Source: a virus
Taxonomy: Duplodnaviria > Caudoviricetes
Length of the DNA stretch: 64,000 bases
Virus record (IMG/VR): IMGVR_UViG_3300033070_001537
Coordinates: 2,296 to 66,295 of that record
Strand: one strand, 5' to 3'
Shown: positions 1 through 9,967 of the stretch, one piece after another
Layout of the letters: every line of letters begins with the position of its first letter
How positions within the stretch are numbered: the first letter of the stretch is position 1
The notes under the pieces: generated by a model
Told to the model about the DNA's origin: nothing
The model's input: only the letters and a program-made list of their open reading frames with translations
Databases searched by the model: none
Program-made: the position numbers and the translations under genes

Positions 1-1
1 G

Positions 2-211
2 TCGTATGGCGACTACTTTCTGCTCTTCAACGAAGCACGGGCCGCCATCATTCGTAGCCGCAAGGCTGAAGTGAAGCGAGACGAGGATGACCTCGTGCGA
101 TCGCGCGCCAAACTAAAAGACGCGATGGACATTCCCCGCTGTCGGAAGAAAGAGTCCGCGGAGTTTCCGCCGCGCCCGGCGAAGAAAGCCGCCAAGGAGG
201 CGAAGGAGTGA
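2..211 (+). CDS. 3' part of a hypothetical phage protein (truncated by window start)
   Basis: Open frame SYGDYFLLFNEARAAII...KEAKE ends at TGA 209-211, overlapping the next GTG start (GTGA coupling). Confidence 0.6.
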   Translation, partial: SYGDYFLLFNEARAAIIRSRKAEVKRDEDDLVRSRAKLKDAMDIPRCRKKESAEFPPRPAKKAAKEAKE

Positions 212-387
212 TCAATACCGAGCAGGTCATGGAAGACGCGGAAGTCGCGGCGATCTACTTTCGCGGTCTGACCGACAAGGGCGTGCAGGCGTACCATGCC
301 GCCACGCTCACTTCGTCGTACATCTCTTCCCGTCAGATCGCACGGGCGAGCAGCGAAGAGCCCAAGAAGCCGTGGGAGGAGAAATGA
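208..387 (+). CDS. small hypothetical protein (59 aa)
   Basis: GTG start after AAGGAG; GTGA/ATGA coupling to both neighbours; MINTEQVMEDAEVAAIYFRG... Confidence 0.65.
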   Translation: MINTEQVMEDAEVAAIYFRGLTDKGVQAYHAATLTSSYISSRQIARASSEEPKKPWEEK

Positions 388-1889
388 CGGGCCTCGCCAA
401 CCACTGGGACGAGGCGTACCCGTTCAAGACCGCGCCGTACGATCATCAGCGGGCGGGTCTCCGTCAGACCGCGGCCGCCAAGGAGGCGGCGCTCTTCATG
501 GACACAGGCACGGGCAAGACGTTCGTCATCCTCGCTAATGCCGGCATGCTGTGGCAACGCGGGGAGATCGACGTGCTGTTCGTCATTGCGCCCAACGGGC
601 TGCACGTCGTCTGGAGTGACGAAGCGGGAAAGCACCTGCCTGAGGACCGCTTCATCCCGCATCAGGTCTTCACATACAGTGCCGGGCGCACGGACAAGGC
701 GATTGCGTCGCTGCTCAACGGCATTCGCAAAGGCACACCGCGGATCCTGCACGTCGTGACGATGAACGTGGAATCGTTGAGCTCCGCACGCGGGCAGCGG
801 TTCGCCGCCGCCGTCGCCGACGCCTGCAAAGGGCGATGCCTGTTGGCGATCGACGAGAGCCACAAGATCAAGACGCCCTCATCCATTCGTACCAAGGCCG
901 CGTGGAAGCTCGGCGAAAAGGTCGCCTACCGCCGGCTCGCTACGGCGACGCCGGCGGGCAACGGATGGCAGGACCTGTATGCTCAGTTCAGGTTCCTGGA
1001 CCCGAAGATCATCGGTGTGCGGTCCTTCACGGCGTTCCGCGCGGAATACTGCATCGAGCGCACATTCTCCACGTTCTCCACCGTGGTGGGCTACCGGAAC
1101 CTCGAGCAGCTGAAGGCCAAGATCGCGCCGTACGTCTTCCGCGCGGACAAGGAGAAGTGTCTCGACATCCCCAAGCGCATTCCGCCTATTCGCATCCCCG
1201 TGGAGCTCGGGCCGGATCAGAAGAAGGCCTACCGCGAGATGAAACAGGACTTCCTCACCGTGCTGCCGCACGAGGCGCCGCGGAGCGAGATGGATGCGTC
1301 TGTCATCGCTGAGCAGTCGATGACGCGGTTCCTACGCATGCAGCAGATCCTGAGCGGCTTCGTGCCCGCGGCAGACGGCACGATGCACGTCTTCGACGAA
1401 AACCCGCGGATGGATACGCTCTTCGAGCTGATCGAGAACAGCGGGTGCAAGGTGCTCGTGTGGAGCCGCTTCCAAGCGGACGTCTCGCGCATATCCGCGC
1501 GGCTCGCCGCACAGAAGATCAAAGGAGTGGAATACTACGGCAACACGGGGTCGGACGCGAGAGAAGCAGCTTATCGCGATTTCCGCACAGACCCCAATAT
1601 TCAAGTGTTCAACGCTACCGGCGCCACCGGCGGCGCGGGCCTGACGCTGATCGAAGCGCCCGTGAGCGTCTATTACTCGCATACGTGGGACTACATCGAA
1701 CGCGAGCAGACGGAAGGACGAAACTGGCGCAGCGGGCAGACGCAGGCGGTGACGTGGTACGACCTCGAGGTGAAAGGATCCATGGACACGAGGATCCTGC
1801 ACCGCGTGACGGTTGAAAAGCGGAGCATCAGCCAATCGGCGATGGACTACACCGATTTGCGGTCGATGGTGGAATCTGATGAGATCTAG
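384..1889 (+). CDS. SNF2-family (SF2) helicase/ATPase
   Basis: Motif I DTGTGKT, motif II IDESH, ATATP, C-terminal REQTEGRNWRSGQ (motif VI-like); ATG 384 coupled to upstream stop. Confidence 0.9.
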   Translation: MTGLANHWDEAYPFKTAPYDHQRAGLRQTAAAKEAALFMDTGTGKTFVILANAGMLWQRGEIDVLFVIAPNGLHVVWSDEAGKHLPEDRFIPHQVFTYSAGRTDKAIASLLNGIRKGTPRILHVVTMNVESLSSARGQRFAAAVADACKGRCLLAIDESHKIKTPSSIRTKAAWKLGEKVAYRRLATATPAGNGWQDLYAQFRFLDPKIIGVRSFTAFRAEYCIERTFSTFSTVVGYRNLEQLKAKIAPYVFRADKEKCLDIPKRIPPIRIPVELGPDQKKAYREMKQDFLTVLPHEAPRSEMDASVIAEQSMTRFLRMQQILSGFVPAADGTMHVFDENPRMDTLFELIENSGCKVLVWSRFQADVSRISARLAAQKIKGVEYYGNTGSDAREAAYRDFRTDPNIQVFNATGATGGAGLTLIEAPVSVYYSHTWDYIEREQTEGRNWRSGQTQAVTWYDLEVKGSMDTRILHRVTVEKRSISQSAMDYTDLRSMVESDEI

Positions 1890-2195
1890 CACGGGTCTTG
1901 CTTCGCGCGCGCCCGCACGCGCGCGCACGGTAGGGATTATTGAGCTATTGGCTATTGGCGGAATCTTTTCCGGTTACGGCATCTGTACGGGTATCGATGA
2001 GACCGTAGAACGTCGGTTTAAGGCGAATCGGTTCATTCAAACGAAACTGAAACTCGAAAACGGAAAGTCACGCGCGCATGTGAGTTTCGGTAATCTTCGA
2101 GGCCCCGTATGAACACCGTAAGCCAAAAGATTCCGCCAATAGCCAATAGCTCAATAACTCCTACCGTGCGCGCGCGCACGAAGCAAGATCCGTGC
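1889..2195. repeat. non-coding palindromic element, copy 1 (about 80-100 bp inverted arms around an AT-richer core)
   Basis: Left arm GCACGGGTCTTGCTTCGCGCGC...TTATTGAGCTATTGGCTATTGGCGGAATCTTTT (1889-1979) is the near-perfect reverse complement of 2116-2195; second copy at 27969-28371. Confidence 0.92.
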
Positions 2196-2218
2196 GAGAC
2201 CGAGCGGCGAACCCGTCC

Positions 2219-2247
2219 TTGCGAAATACACGAGGCCGCGGCATACT
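2219..2247 (+). promoter_or_regulatory. sigma70-like promoter
   Basis: TTGCGA-N17-CATACT upstream of the replication operon. Confidence 0.6.
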
Positions 2248-2336
2248 GCGCATCCAACGGAGCCTACTCGACCGCACCATCCAACGACGGCATCATCTCC
2301 TCCACACCTCTCGCGCCTTCCCCTTTTCCGGCCCTC

Positions 2337-2774
2337 ATGACCTCCCTTCGTCGTCCCCGTGTCTTTCTGCTGGCACAGCCGTCTGTCTCTCGACGCGGAG
2401 AGCTTCCGGATCTTCGCCCGCTGGGCGAATTCGGCGATGTGACGGTGATCGTGACCGGCGACATGAATCCGATGCGCTACCCCGCCCGCACGGCGACAGC
2501 CATCGAGGATAAGCTGCACGATTTTGACCCCGAGGTCGACTATTTGGTCGCCGCCGGGGGTGCGACGTTGGCCGCGCTGGTCATTGGATTGGTGCTCGGA
2601 CAGATGGGGATCGAGCAATTCCAGTGGCTGAGCTTCCAACGCGGTATCGACGCGGAGGGACGGCGCGTCAACGAGGGCGGATACTACCGCCCCGTCCGTC
2701 TCGACTTCGGACAGATTGAGCTGCTCGAAGACGAAGCAGGTGACCCCAACGAAGAGGACACAGATGAGCAGTAA
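2337..2774 (+). CDS. conserved hypothetical phage protein
   Basis: ATG 2337 after a pyrimidine-rich leader; the ORF-track extension to 2109 runs through the non-coding repeat. Confidence 0.7.
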   Translation: MTSLRRPRVFLLAQPSVSRRGELPDLRPLGEFGDVTVIVTGDMNPMRYPARTATAIEDKLHDFDPEVDYLVAAGGATLAALVIGLVLGQMGIEQFQWLSFQRGIDAEGRRVNEGGYYRPVRLDFGQIELLEDEAGDPNEEDTDEQ

Positions 2775-3396
2775 CAACGACGAGATGGACGGCGGCGTCG
2801 ACCCGGTCTTGGCCGCCATGCTCGCCAACGACGCTGAGGAGATTGCTGCCGCAGCCCCCGTGGTCAGCTTGCAAGCGGTCCAGCAAGCCGCCCGCGCGAT
2901 GCACGAGGCACAGGTTGCCGTCGCTGAGGCCGAAAAGGACCTCAAGACGAAGAAGGAGGCGCTCCGCATCCTTGAGGAGGTGCGGCTGCCTGAACTCATG
3001 GACACGGCCGGTGTGTCGTCCGTCTCCACGCCCGACGGACTCGTGGTAACGATCGAGTCCTTCATGTCCGCGTCCATCACAGAGGCCAAGCGCCCGTTCG
3101 TGGTGCAGTGGCTCAAGGACACGGAGAACGACGAGCTCGTGAAGCCTGAGCTGCACATGGTCTTCAGCAAGGGCGAGCTCGCGGAGGCGCAGCGGATCGC
3201 GGCCGAGATGAGTACCGCGCTGGGCCGACCGGTGGAAGTCTTAGAGGCGGTCAACACGACGTCCTTCAAGGCGCTCATCGCCGAGCTCCGCCGTGAGTCG
3301 CCTGACATGTCGCTTCCGCTGGACGAGCTTGGCGTCTACATCGGCCGCAAGGCGAAGATCAAGACGTCCAAAGCGCCCAAGAACGCCCTCGCGTAG
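2764..3396 (+). CDS. coiled-coil replication-module protein typical of SSB-adjacent phage genes
   Basis: N-terminal coiled coil then LPELMDTAGVSSVSTPDGLVVTI...VQWLKD; position directly before the SSB-like gene. Confidence 0.6.
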   Translation: MSSNNDEMDGGVDPVLAAMLANDAEEIAAAAPVVSLQAVQQAARAMHEAQVAVAEAEKDLKTKKEALRILEEVRLPELMDTAGVSSVSTPDGLVVTIESFMSASITEAKRPFVVQWLKDTENDELVKPELHMVFSKGELAEAQRIAAEMSTALGRPVEVLEAVNTTSFKALIAELRRESPDMSLPLDELGVYIGRKAKIKTSKAPKNALA

Positions 3397-3430
3397 TCTC
3401 CCACTTCCAACACCTTCCAGGATCTGTTCC

Positions 3431-4309
3431 GTGGCTGAATCCAAAGCATCAACCAAAACCGACGTCGCAACGACCACCAAAGCGCCCGCCGCGGTGCTGC
3501 CCGACGGCGTCGACATTGCCGCCCTTGTCGGCGACGCTAGCGAGTTTGGGCAGTCGTTCGAGAAGAGCGATCTCGCGACGCCGTTCCTTCGCGTGCTCCA
3601 GCAACTATCTCCGCAGCTTCAGAAGCAGAAGCCGGAGTATATCGCCGGTGCCGAGCAGGGCGATTTCTTCCTCACGGGCTCGTCCCGTGTGATTCCGGGC
3701 GCAGAGGGCGTGGTGCTCATTCCCGTGCACTATGAAAAGTCGCACACCGAGTGGAAGCCCAAGCGCGGCGGCTTCGTGGCCGATCACGGGCCCGTGTTCG
3801 ACGTCGACCGCGAGGCGTCGTGGGATGAAGAGCGCAACACCTTCGTCCTGCGCAACGGCAACGAACTCGCCGTCGGCATGCTGTACTATGTGTTCGTCGT
3901 GGACGCAGAAACGGGGTCCTATGAGCCCGCTGCGTTCATCTTGAGCGGCTCGCAAATGAAGAAGGGCCGTAAGTGGAACGCGATGATGCGCAGCTTCCAG
4001 CTCAAGGGCCCGAAGGGCTACTTCACGCCGCCGTCGTTTTTCCTGTCGTACCACGTTACCACGGTGCCGGAGCAGAACGACGCCGGCAGCTGGTACGGCG
4101 TCAGCATCAAGTCCGGCAAGTTCACGCACCAGCTGCCCGACGGCCCGGATCTGTACGAGCGGGCGAAGGAGCTCTACCGCAACGTGCAGTCCGGGGTTGT
4201 GAAGGCGGCGGTGGATGCGCTCGACACCACAGAGAAAGCGACCGACGACGGTCCGCTGCCTGACCTGCCCGAGTCGGACGGGTCCTTCGGAGAAGATCGC
4301 GCCTTCTGA
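3431..4309 (+). CDS. putative single-stranded DNA-binding protein
   Basis: DLATPFLRVLQQLSPQ...YIAGAEQGDFF segment typical of this phage SSB family; acidic C-terminal tail ending in Phe (DDGPLPDLPESDGSFGEDRAF); located before the primase. Confidence 0.65.
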   Translation: MAESKASTKTDVATTTKAPAAVLPDGVDIAALVGDASEFGQSFEKSDLATPFLRVLQQLSPQLQKQKPEYIAGAEQGDFFLTGSSRVIPGAEGVVLIPVHYEKSHTEWKPKRGGFVADHGPVFDVDREASWDEERNTFVLRNGNELAVGMLYYVFVVDAETGSYEPAAFILSGSQMKKGRKWNAMMRSFQLKGPKGYFTPPSFFLSYHVTTVPEQNDAGSWYGVSIKSGKFTHQLPDGPDLYERAKELYRNVQSGVVKAAVDALDTTEKATDDGPLPDLPESDGSFGEDRAF

Positions 4310-5871
4310 TGGCGCCGATCGATCCGTCACTGGTCGAACGCTTTCGTGACCGGTTTTCCGGGTACGCGAAGGCGTTCGGCCAGTCCGTAGTCCGCGACCA
4401 GAACGACACCGGCAAGATGCAGGCACGGTCTTGGACGGTGTCGGGCGCGCCCAGCGCCGCCACTTACCAGAAGCACCTGGAAGGCGACGGCGCTGGGCTC
4501 GGCGTGGTGATGCTCTGCGAAGACGAGACCCTTCGCTTTGGAGCTATCGACTATGACGACCGCTCTCTCCACCACATCAACGCCGCCAAGGAGATTGCGG
4601 CCCGGAACCTCCCGCTGGTTCTGTGCCGCTCCAAGTCCGGAGGCGGACATTTCTATTGCTTTACCAAGGAGCCTGTGTCCGCGGCCTTGATGAAGCAACG
4701 GCTCACCGAATGGTGTGCCCTGCTCGGGTTCGCGGTAACGACCGAGATATTTCCAAAGCAGACCACGCGGTACAACGAGGCCGACATCGGCTCGTGGATC
4801 AATCTGCCGTACTACCATGCAGACGAGACGACGCGGTATGCCTTCGACGACGACGGCAATCAGCTGTCGCTGGAAGAATTCCTCGACGTCGCGGATGCTC
4901 GGGCGCTGACGGCAGAGCAGCTCAAGGCGTATGAAGTCGGGGCGGCGAGTGCGTTGTTCGCTGACGGCCCGCCGTGCCTCCAGATGCTGGAAGCGCGGGG
5001 AGGCTTTGCAGAAGGTTCGAAGAAGAACGGCATGTTTGACGTCGGCGTCTATCTGCTCAAAGCCCGACCCGACACGTGGGAACACGACATGACGCGATAC
5101 AATGACGTCATGGCGCAGATCAAACCCGACGAACTGGTGCAGATCACCAAGTCGCTGCGGAAGAAGAGCGAGGCACAGGACGGCAAGGGCTACTCGTACC
5201 AATGCAAACAACCGCCCATCAACGCCTTCTGTAATCGCTCCGTCTGCCTCACGCGCACTCACGGCATCGGGCGGACGGCGGAGTCGCAGGTCACGATCGA
5301 GAACCTCACGCGGTACCAGTCCAAGTTCGGCGATGACAGCTTCTGGATCGTGCAGATCGCCGGGCAGAGGATCCTGTTGACCACGGCCGACATGTACCAC
5401 GTCGACCGTTTCAATATCGCGTGCATGTCTCAGGCCAACGTCATTCCGATCCTCTCGGTGACGCCGCAGAAGTGGAAGGCATATCTCAACGAGCTCATCT
5501 CGCGGGCGGATGTCATTCAGCTGCCCGACGACGCCACGCCCACGGGGCAGGTGTGGGAGCAGATTGAGGCGTTCTGCACGCAACAGGTCAACGGGCTGAG
5601 CCGAGAAGACGTATGGCAGGGGAAAACCTGGTTCGAAGGCGGGCGGACCTATTTCCGGTCCAAAGATCTGTTCGCCTATCTGGAAGCGAAGCGGGTGAAG
5701 TTCAAGTCCGAAACGTGGGTGTGGAACCTGTTGTCCGAGCACGGAGGCCAGAAGTCCTTTTGGAACATCAACAAGCGCGGGGTCAATGTGTGGAGCATCC
5801 CCGCGTTCGCTGGACGAGAGGAGCAGAGCGGAGAACAGCCCGAAGCGGGAGCGGTACATGAGGAGTTCTAG
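4309..5871 (+). CDS. archaeo-eukaryotic primase (PrimPol-like) DNA primase
   Basis: AIDYD (DxD), RSKSGGGHFY (SxH), EIFPKQ, GSWINLPY motifs; helical C-terminal domain with C/H ligands. Confidence 0.8.
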   Translation: MAPIDPSLVERFRDRFSGYAKAFGQSVVRDQNDTGKMQARSWTVSGAPSAATYQKHLEGDGAGLGVVMLCEDETLRFGAIDYDDRSLHHINAAKEIAARNLPLVLCRSKSGGGHFYCFTKEPVSAALMKQRLTEWCALLGFAVTTEIFPKQTTRYNEADIGSWINLPYYHADETTRYAFDDDGNQLSLEEFLDVADARALTAEQLKAYEVGAASALFADGPPCLQMLEARGGFAEGSKKNGMFDVGVYLLKARPDTWEHDMTRYNDVMAQIKPDELVQITKSLRKKSEAQDGKGYSYQCKQPPINAFCNRSVCLTRTHGIGRTAESQVTIENLTRYQSKFGDDSFWIVQIAGQRILLTTADMYHVDRFNIACMSQANVIPILSVTPQKWKAYLNELISRADVIQLPDDATPTGQVWEQIEAFCTQQVNGLSREDVWQGKTWFEGGRTYFRSKDLFAYLEAKRVKFKSETWVWNLLSEHGGQKSFWNINKRGVNVWSIPAFAGREEQSGEQPEAGAVHEEF

Positions 5872-5875
5872 GTAG

Positions 5876-7372
5876 ATGGCCCAGTCGGTGGAGATATTGT
5901 TCGGCCCGCCCGGAACGGGCAAGACAACGGAGTTACTCAACCGGCTGGGCGACCTGGTGGAGCAGAAGCGCATCTCGCCAGAGCGCATTGCCTACCTGTC
6001 GTTCTCCCGAGCCGCCGTGGGCGAGGCGATGAGCCGCGTGTCGTATCCGCGAGACGCCTTGCCGTGGTTCCGCACAATTCACTCGCTGGGGTTCAAGCTG
6101 TGCGAGCTGTCGCGCCTGGATGTCCTGCAGGTGGAGCACCTGAAGGAATTCGGCACGATTATCAGTGAGCCGTTCAAAGAGGTCGACGCGCACACGGGCG
6201 CGTGGGACACGCCGCCGTCATCTCCGGGGCGAGGCTACCCTGCGGATCTGGCGCTGGAGATCTGGGCGCAGGCGCGTGCCCGCGGCACTGGGCTGGAAGA
6301 CGAATGGCGACGGGCGCAATACCGCGACCTGACGTTCGGATTTGTCGACAAGCTCATCGACGCCTACGAGGCGTTCAAGTATGCCAACGGGCTCTGGGAT
6401 TACCCGGATATGGTCCGACGCGCGGAGGGCGAGCTGCCCGTGGACTGGGTCTTCTTGGACGAGGCACAGGATACGTCAGCGGCCCAGTGGAGCCTCGTGC
6501 GCCGTGTCACGCCCAAGGGCGCGCGCGTGGTCATTGCCGGCGACGACGATCAAGCGATCTACGGATGGAGCGGCAGCGACCCGCGCCCGTTGCTGACGCT
6601 CAAGGCCGACCGCACCGTGCTGCCGCACAGTTACCGACTGCCGTCACGCATCAAGCATCTGGCGGACGCGGTGGTGCGACCGATCCACGGCCGCCACCCG
6701 AAGATCTTTACGTCCAACGGAGAGACGGGAGACGTGAAGACGGTGACGGACATCGACGCCGTCGACCTGCGGAGCGGTGAGTGGTTGCTGTTGGCCCGTA
6801 CCAACTACCAACTCGCTCAGTGGCGACGGCTCGCCAAACAGCAAGGCGTCGTCTACACCTTGGAACACGGTGACTGGTCGTGGAAGCTGCCCGCGGTGCG
6901 CGCGGCCGGCGCCTACGACGCTCTCCGGCGCGGCAAGGGCGTGGAGCGCGGCGAAGTGAAGTACCTCTACCAGGCCTTGCCGCCCGAGCTCCGTGCCACG
7001 GCAGACGTGAAATCGCTGCCCGAAACCTGCGTATGGGATCACGTGATGGGCCCATCCGCAGACCGACACGCCAAGGCGTGGTGGGAGGTGCTGACGCTCA
7101 TGGACCCCGAAGACACGGCGTACATTCGCGGTCTGAGGCGGAACGGCGAGAGCTTGACGCTGCCCGGCCGCGTGCGGATCCTCACGGTCCATCGCTCCAA
7201 AGGGCTCGAAGCTGATCACGTCGCGGTGCTGTCGGACGTGCCCAAACGGGTCTGGGAGAACGCCGACCGCGGCGACGAGCTTCGGGTGCAGTATGTCGCC
7301 AGCACACGGGCACGGAAGACGCTGACGCTCGTGCGCCCGACAACGCCGAACCACTGGGAGTGGACGATTTGA
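5876..7372 (+). CDS. UvrD/Rep-like SF1 helicase
   Basis: GPPGTGKT, LDEAQD, AGDDDQAIY, SYRLP, TVHRSKGLEAD, YVASTRARKTL. Confidence 0.9.
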   Translation: MAQSVEILFGPPGTGKTTELLNRLGDLVEQKRISPERIAYLSFSRAAVGEAMSRVSYPRDALPWFRTIHSLGFKLCELSRLDVLQVEHLKEFGTIISEPFKEVDAHTGAWDTPPSSPGRGYPADLALEIWAQARARGTGLEDEWRRAQYRDLTFGFVDKLIDAYEAFKYANGLWDYPDMVRRAEGELPVDWVFLDEAQDTSAAQWSLVRRVTPKGARVVIAGDDDQAIYGWSGSDPRPLLTLKADRTVLPHSYRLPSRIKHLADAVVRPIHGRHPKIFTSNGETGDVKTVTDIDAVDLRSGEWLLLARTNYQLAQWRRLAKQQGVVYTLEHGDWSWKLPAVRAAGAYDALRRGKGVERGEVKYLYQALPPELRATADVKSLPETCVWDHVMGPSADRHAKAWWEVLTLMDPEDTAYIRGLRRNGESLTLPGRVRILTVHRSKGLEADHVAVLSDVPKRVWENADRGDELRVQYVASTRARKTLTLVRPTTPNHWEWTI

Positions 7373-7375
7373 TCC

Positions 7376-7404
7376 TTGACGAATCTTTTCGCAGTCGATA
7401 GATT
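7376..7404 (+). promoter_or_regulatory. sigma70-like promoter
   Basis: TTGACG-N17-TAGATT immediately after the helicase stop. Confidence 0.75.
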
Positions 7405-7449
7405 CGTCAGTTCAACGACGTGCTTTTCCATCTCAACGAGGGCCCCGTT

Positions 7450-8442
7450 ATGACATCCCCCAAGCGATACAACATCTGGCACCGCAACGCGACCAATCCG
7501 TTGGACGGTGTCCCGTCTGTCCAGACCGCGCTCCGCATCAGCGGGCTGGACTGGGAGACGCAGGTGCGCCCAATCGCCGTCGTGCAGACGACGCCCTCGG
7601 GCGAGTCCGCGTATGCGGAAATCCCGAAGCATTTCGCCACCATCCGCTCTGACACGCAGGAAGTCCTCGGGCTGGTGCGCAGCCGCTACACCCCCGTCCA
7701 CAACCGGACGGCGTTCCAGATCATGGATCCGCTGGTGCAGGAAGGCTTGGCTGAGTACGTCAGCGCCGGCATGTTCCGCGGCGGTCAGGACGTCTACGTG
7801 TCGATCCGCTTCATCATCAACGACCCGCGCGTGGAAGACATCTTCGGGTTCTCGTCCCGCGGAGACCTGGTGCGCAGCATGGGGGTCTTCACCAACAACA
7901 ACATCGGCGTTCGGAAGGCGACGTTGTCGATGACGCCGATCCGCATTGCCTGTGAAAACAGCTTTCACCTCATCACGGTGCGCGCCGGGAGTGAAGACTC
8001 TGGTGTGAAGATCATGCACGGCGCGCGGGCGAATTCGCAGCTCGTCGAAGCGGCCCGCACGCTGTGGAAGGACATCGTGGAGTCGCACGTCCGCGTCGCG
8101 GCCCAGTTTCGGGCGCTGAAGGGCGCGATGCTCGACGAAGAGCTCTTCGCCTCGCTGGTGCTGGACGTGGTGGCGCCGTTGCCGCAGAACCCTGCGTCGC
8201 GGCAGTACGAGAGCCGACTCGCGCAGATGGAGCGCCGTCGCGCGAAGCTCACGGATCTGTTCTACAAAGGGAAGGGACAGGACGGCAATCCCACGGCGTG
8301 GGCCGCGTACAACGCCGTCACCGAGTATCTCGATCACTACCACGTGGTCAGCATCGACCGTATTCGCAGCGAGGTTGAGGGCGGGACCGGGCTGATGAAG
8401 CGCGACGTCTACCGCAACCTGATGCACGAGGTGGTGGTGTGA
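7450..8442 (+). CDS. DUF932 family phage/plasmid-like protein
   Basis: SGLDWETQVRP, HFATIRSDTQEVLGLVRSRYTPVHN, TPIRIACEN, TAWAAYNAVTEYLDH. Confidence 0.85.
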   Translation: MTSPKRYNIWHRNATNPLDGVPSVQTALRISGLDWETQVRPIAVVQTTPSGESAYAEIPKHFATIRSDTQEVLGLVRSRYTPVHNRTAFQIMDPLVQEGLAEYVSAGMFRGGQDVYVSIRFIINDPRVEDIFGFSSRGDLVRSMGVFTNNNIGVRKATLSMTPIRIACENSFHLITVRAGSEDSGVKIMHGARANSQLVEAARTLWKDIVESHVRVAAQFRALKGAMLDEELFASLVLDVVAPLPQNPASRQYESRLAQMERRRAKLTDLFYKGKGQDGNPTAWAAYNAVTEYLDHYHVVSIDRIRSEVEGGTGLMKRDVYRNLMHEVVV

Positions 8443-9602
8443 TGCCGGCCAACCTCTCCAACGCCATGAAAGCGGAGCTCGAGATGGAAGGCGCGAGGGC
8501 GCTCGACATCCTCCGTCGAAAAGACGAAGCGAACGCCGCCATCGCCCGCTTTCGGAAAGTAGTGGACGACTTCAACATGGGCGAGCGCAATCCCGACCGT
8601 TTCACGCAGACGATCGTCGACATGATCACGAAGATCGGCGAGTCGATGTATCGGCGGACGGCGGTCAATCTCGGCCAGGAATGGGTCACCCAGGCGACGT
8701 CCAAAGACGCGCCCGAAAGCCCGAGCATCTTGGGCGGTGACTGGGATCATCTTCCTGTTCGCGCCCCCGACGAACTCCGAGCCTACCTCCGCCGTGAGAT
8801 GCCGGTCAACACCGTGATCGGAGATCCGGATGCGGTAGGCATGAGTAGTGTCTCGCGTTCTGTGTGCCCAGAGTGTGGTATAGCGGACACAGAGCAGCCC
8901 GCCCCCGTCAGCGCGACGGAGCCAGAAGATTTCGAGACGTTGGCGGGAGCGTTCTTCAACGACACGCGCGTGATGGCTCCTGGTAAAGACGTTGCCGCTG
9001 CGATGGGTGGCGACTACGACGCTTACGATCTCCGCGTGAAGCTGTATCGCGAGTGGTGCAAGGCGCGCACCCTCCGCGCCCGCGTGGCGGAGTTGGAAAA
9101 AGACGTGCTGGTTCAGCACGACATGCTGAAAGACTTGGGCGAGTCCCGTCAGGTCGCACTGGATCGCGTGGCGGAGTTGGAGCGCGTGACGGAGGAACAG
9201 GTGGAGCGGGCTGCACCACATGTGTACGACGCGATGCGCTCATTCGACGCTGAAGGTGCGCGTCATCCGTGGGTGGCTGGCGGCAACTCCGATATGCAAG
9301 ACAAGGCACGTCGTGTACTTCGTGCCGCCCTCACCGCTGCACGCGGGGGCGGGTCAGAGCACGCGCCGGATCAGCCGACCTGGCAGGGCGAGTCTACCGA
9401 GCCCGAAGAGTCTGGGTGGTACGCCGTACGCCGTGCCGACGGGTCGCTGTGCATCCGTGCGTGGGGCAACGACCTGTGGTGGATCCCGCTGAAGGACGGG
9501 TGGCTGAGCGGACTGCCGAGCGGATTCTCGTGGTTCGGCCCGCTGGAGTCGATCGACTGGGACACGCCAGGCGTCGAGCGGCTTGAAGGAGGGGCGCGGT
9601 GA
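8439..9602 (+). CDS. hypothetical protein (mosaic, coiled-coil segments)
   Basis: Long + strand ORF coupled to both neighbours; no recognisable family. Confidence 0.65.
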   Translation: MMPANLSNAMKAELEMEGARALDILRRKDEANAAIARFRKVVDDFNMGERNPDRFTQTIVDMITKIGESMYRRTAVNLGQEWVTQATSKDAPESPSILGGDWDHLPVRAPDELRAYLRREMPVNTVIGDPDAVGMSSVSRSVCPECGIADTEQPAPVSATEPEDFETLAGAFFNDTRVMAPGKDVAAAMGGDYDAYDLRVKLYREWCKARTLRARVAELEKDVLVQHDMLKDLGESRQVALDRVAELERVTEEQVERAAPHVYDAMRSFDAEGARHPWVAGGNSDMQDKARRVLRAALTAARGGGSEHAPDQPTWQGESTEPEESGWYAVRRADGSLCIRAWGNDLWWIPLKDGWLSGLPSGFSWFGPLESIDWDTPGVERLEGGAR

Positions 9603-9967
9603 CCCTTTACCTCTTTGACGACCAGACGTCCGAGTGTCGCGCCTACACCCGCAACGAGGCGACGGGGCTTATCAACGTCTGGTACGAGGACACGTTGCCT
9701 GAGCATTTCTACGAACATGCGGAGCCTGGTGTCTTCTTGGTGTTTGACGGTATTGTCCATCGCGACACGCAGGATGCGACGGACGAAGAGCTGGAGGCGC
9801 GAGGGCTGCCGACGTCCGCCCGCCATCACAGCGAGTGGTGGGTCGGGTCGATGAAGCCGGCGTCCGACGCCGAGCTCCTCGCGTTGTTCAGCCACAACCC
9901 GGTCGTCCGGTCTCAAATGGAGGGACTCGAACACCCGCCCAAGGAGGGTCCGCGTGATGACGCCTGA
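9599..9967 (+). CDS. hypothetical protein
   Basis: GTGA coupling, GGAGG upstream. Confidence 0.65.
   Translation: MTLYLFDDQTSECRAYTRNEATGLINVWYEDTLPEHFYEHAEPGVFLVFDGIVHRDTQDATDEELEARGLPTSARHHSEWWVGSMKPASDAELLALFSHNPVVRSQMEGLEHPPKEGPRDDA

Noticed and set aside
1813-2257. ORFs reading ARTVG(I/V)IELLAIGGIF in both directions (also 28016-28421)
   Set aside because: Artefacts of translating the inverted arms of the non-coding repeat
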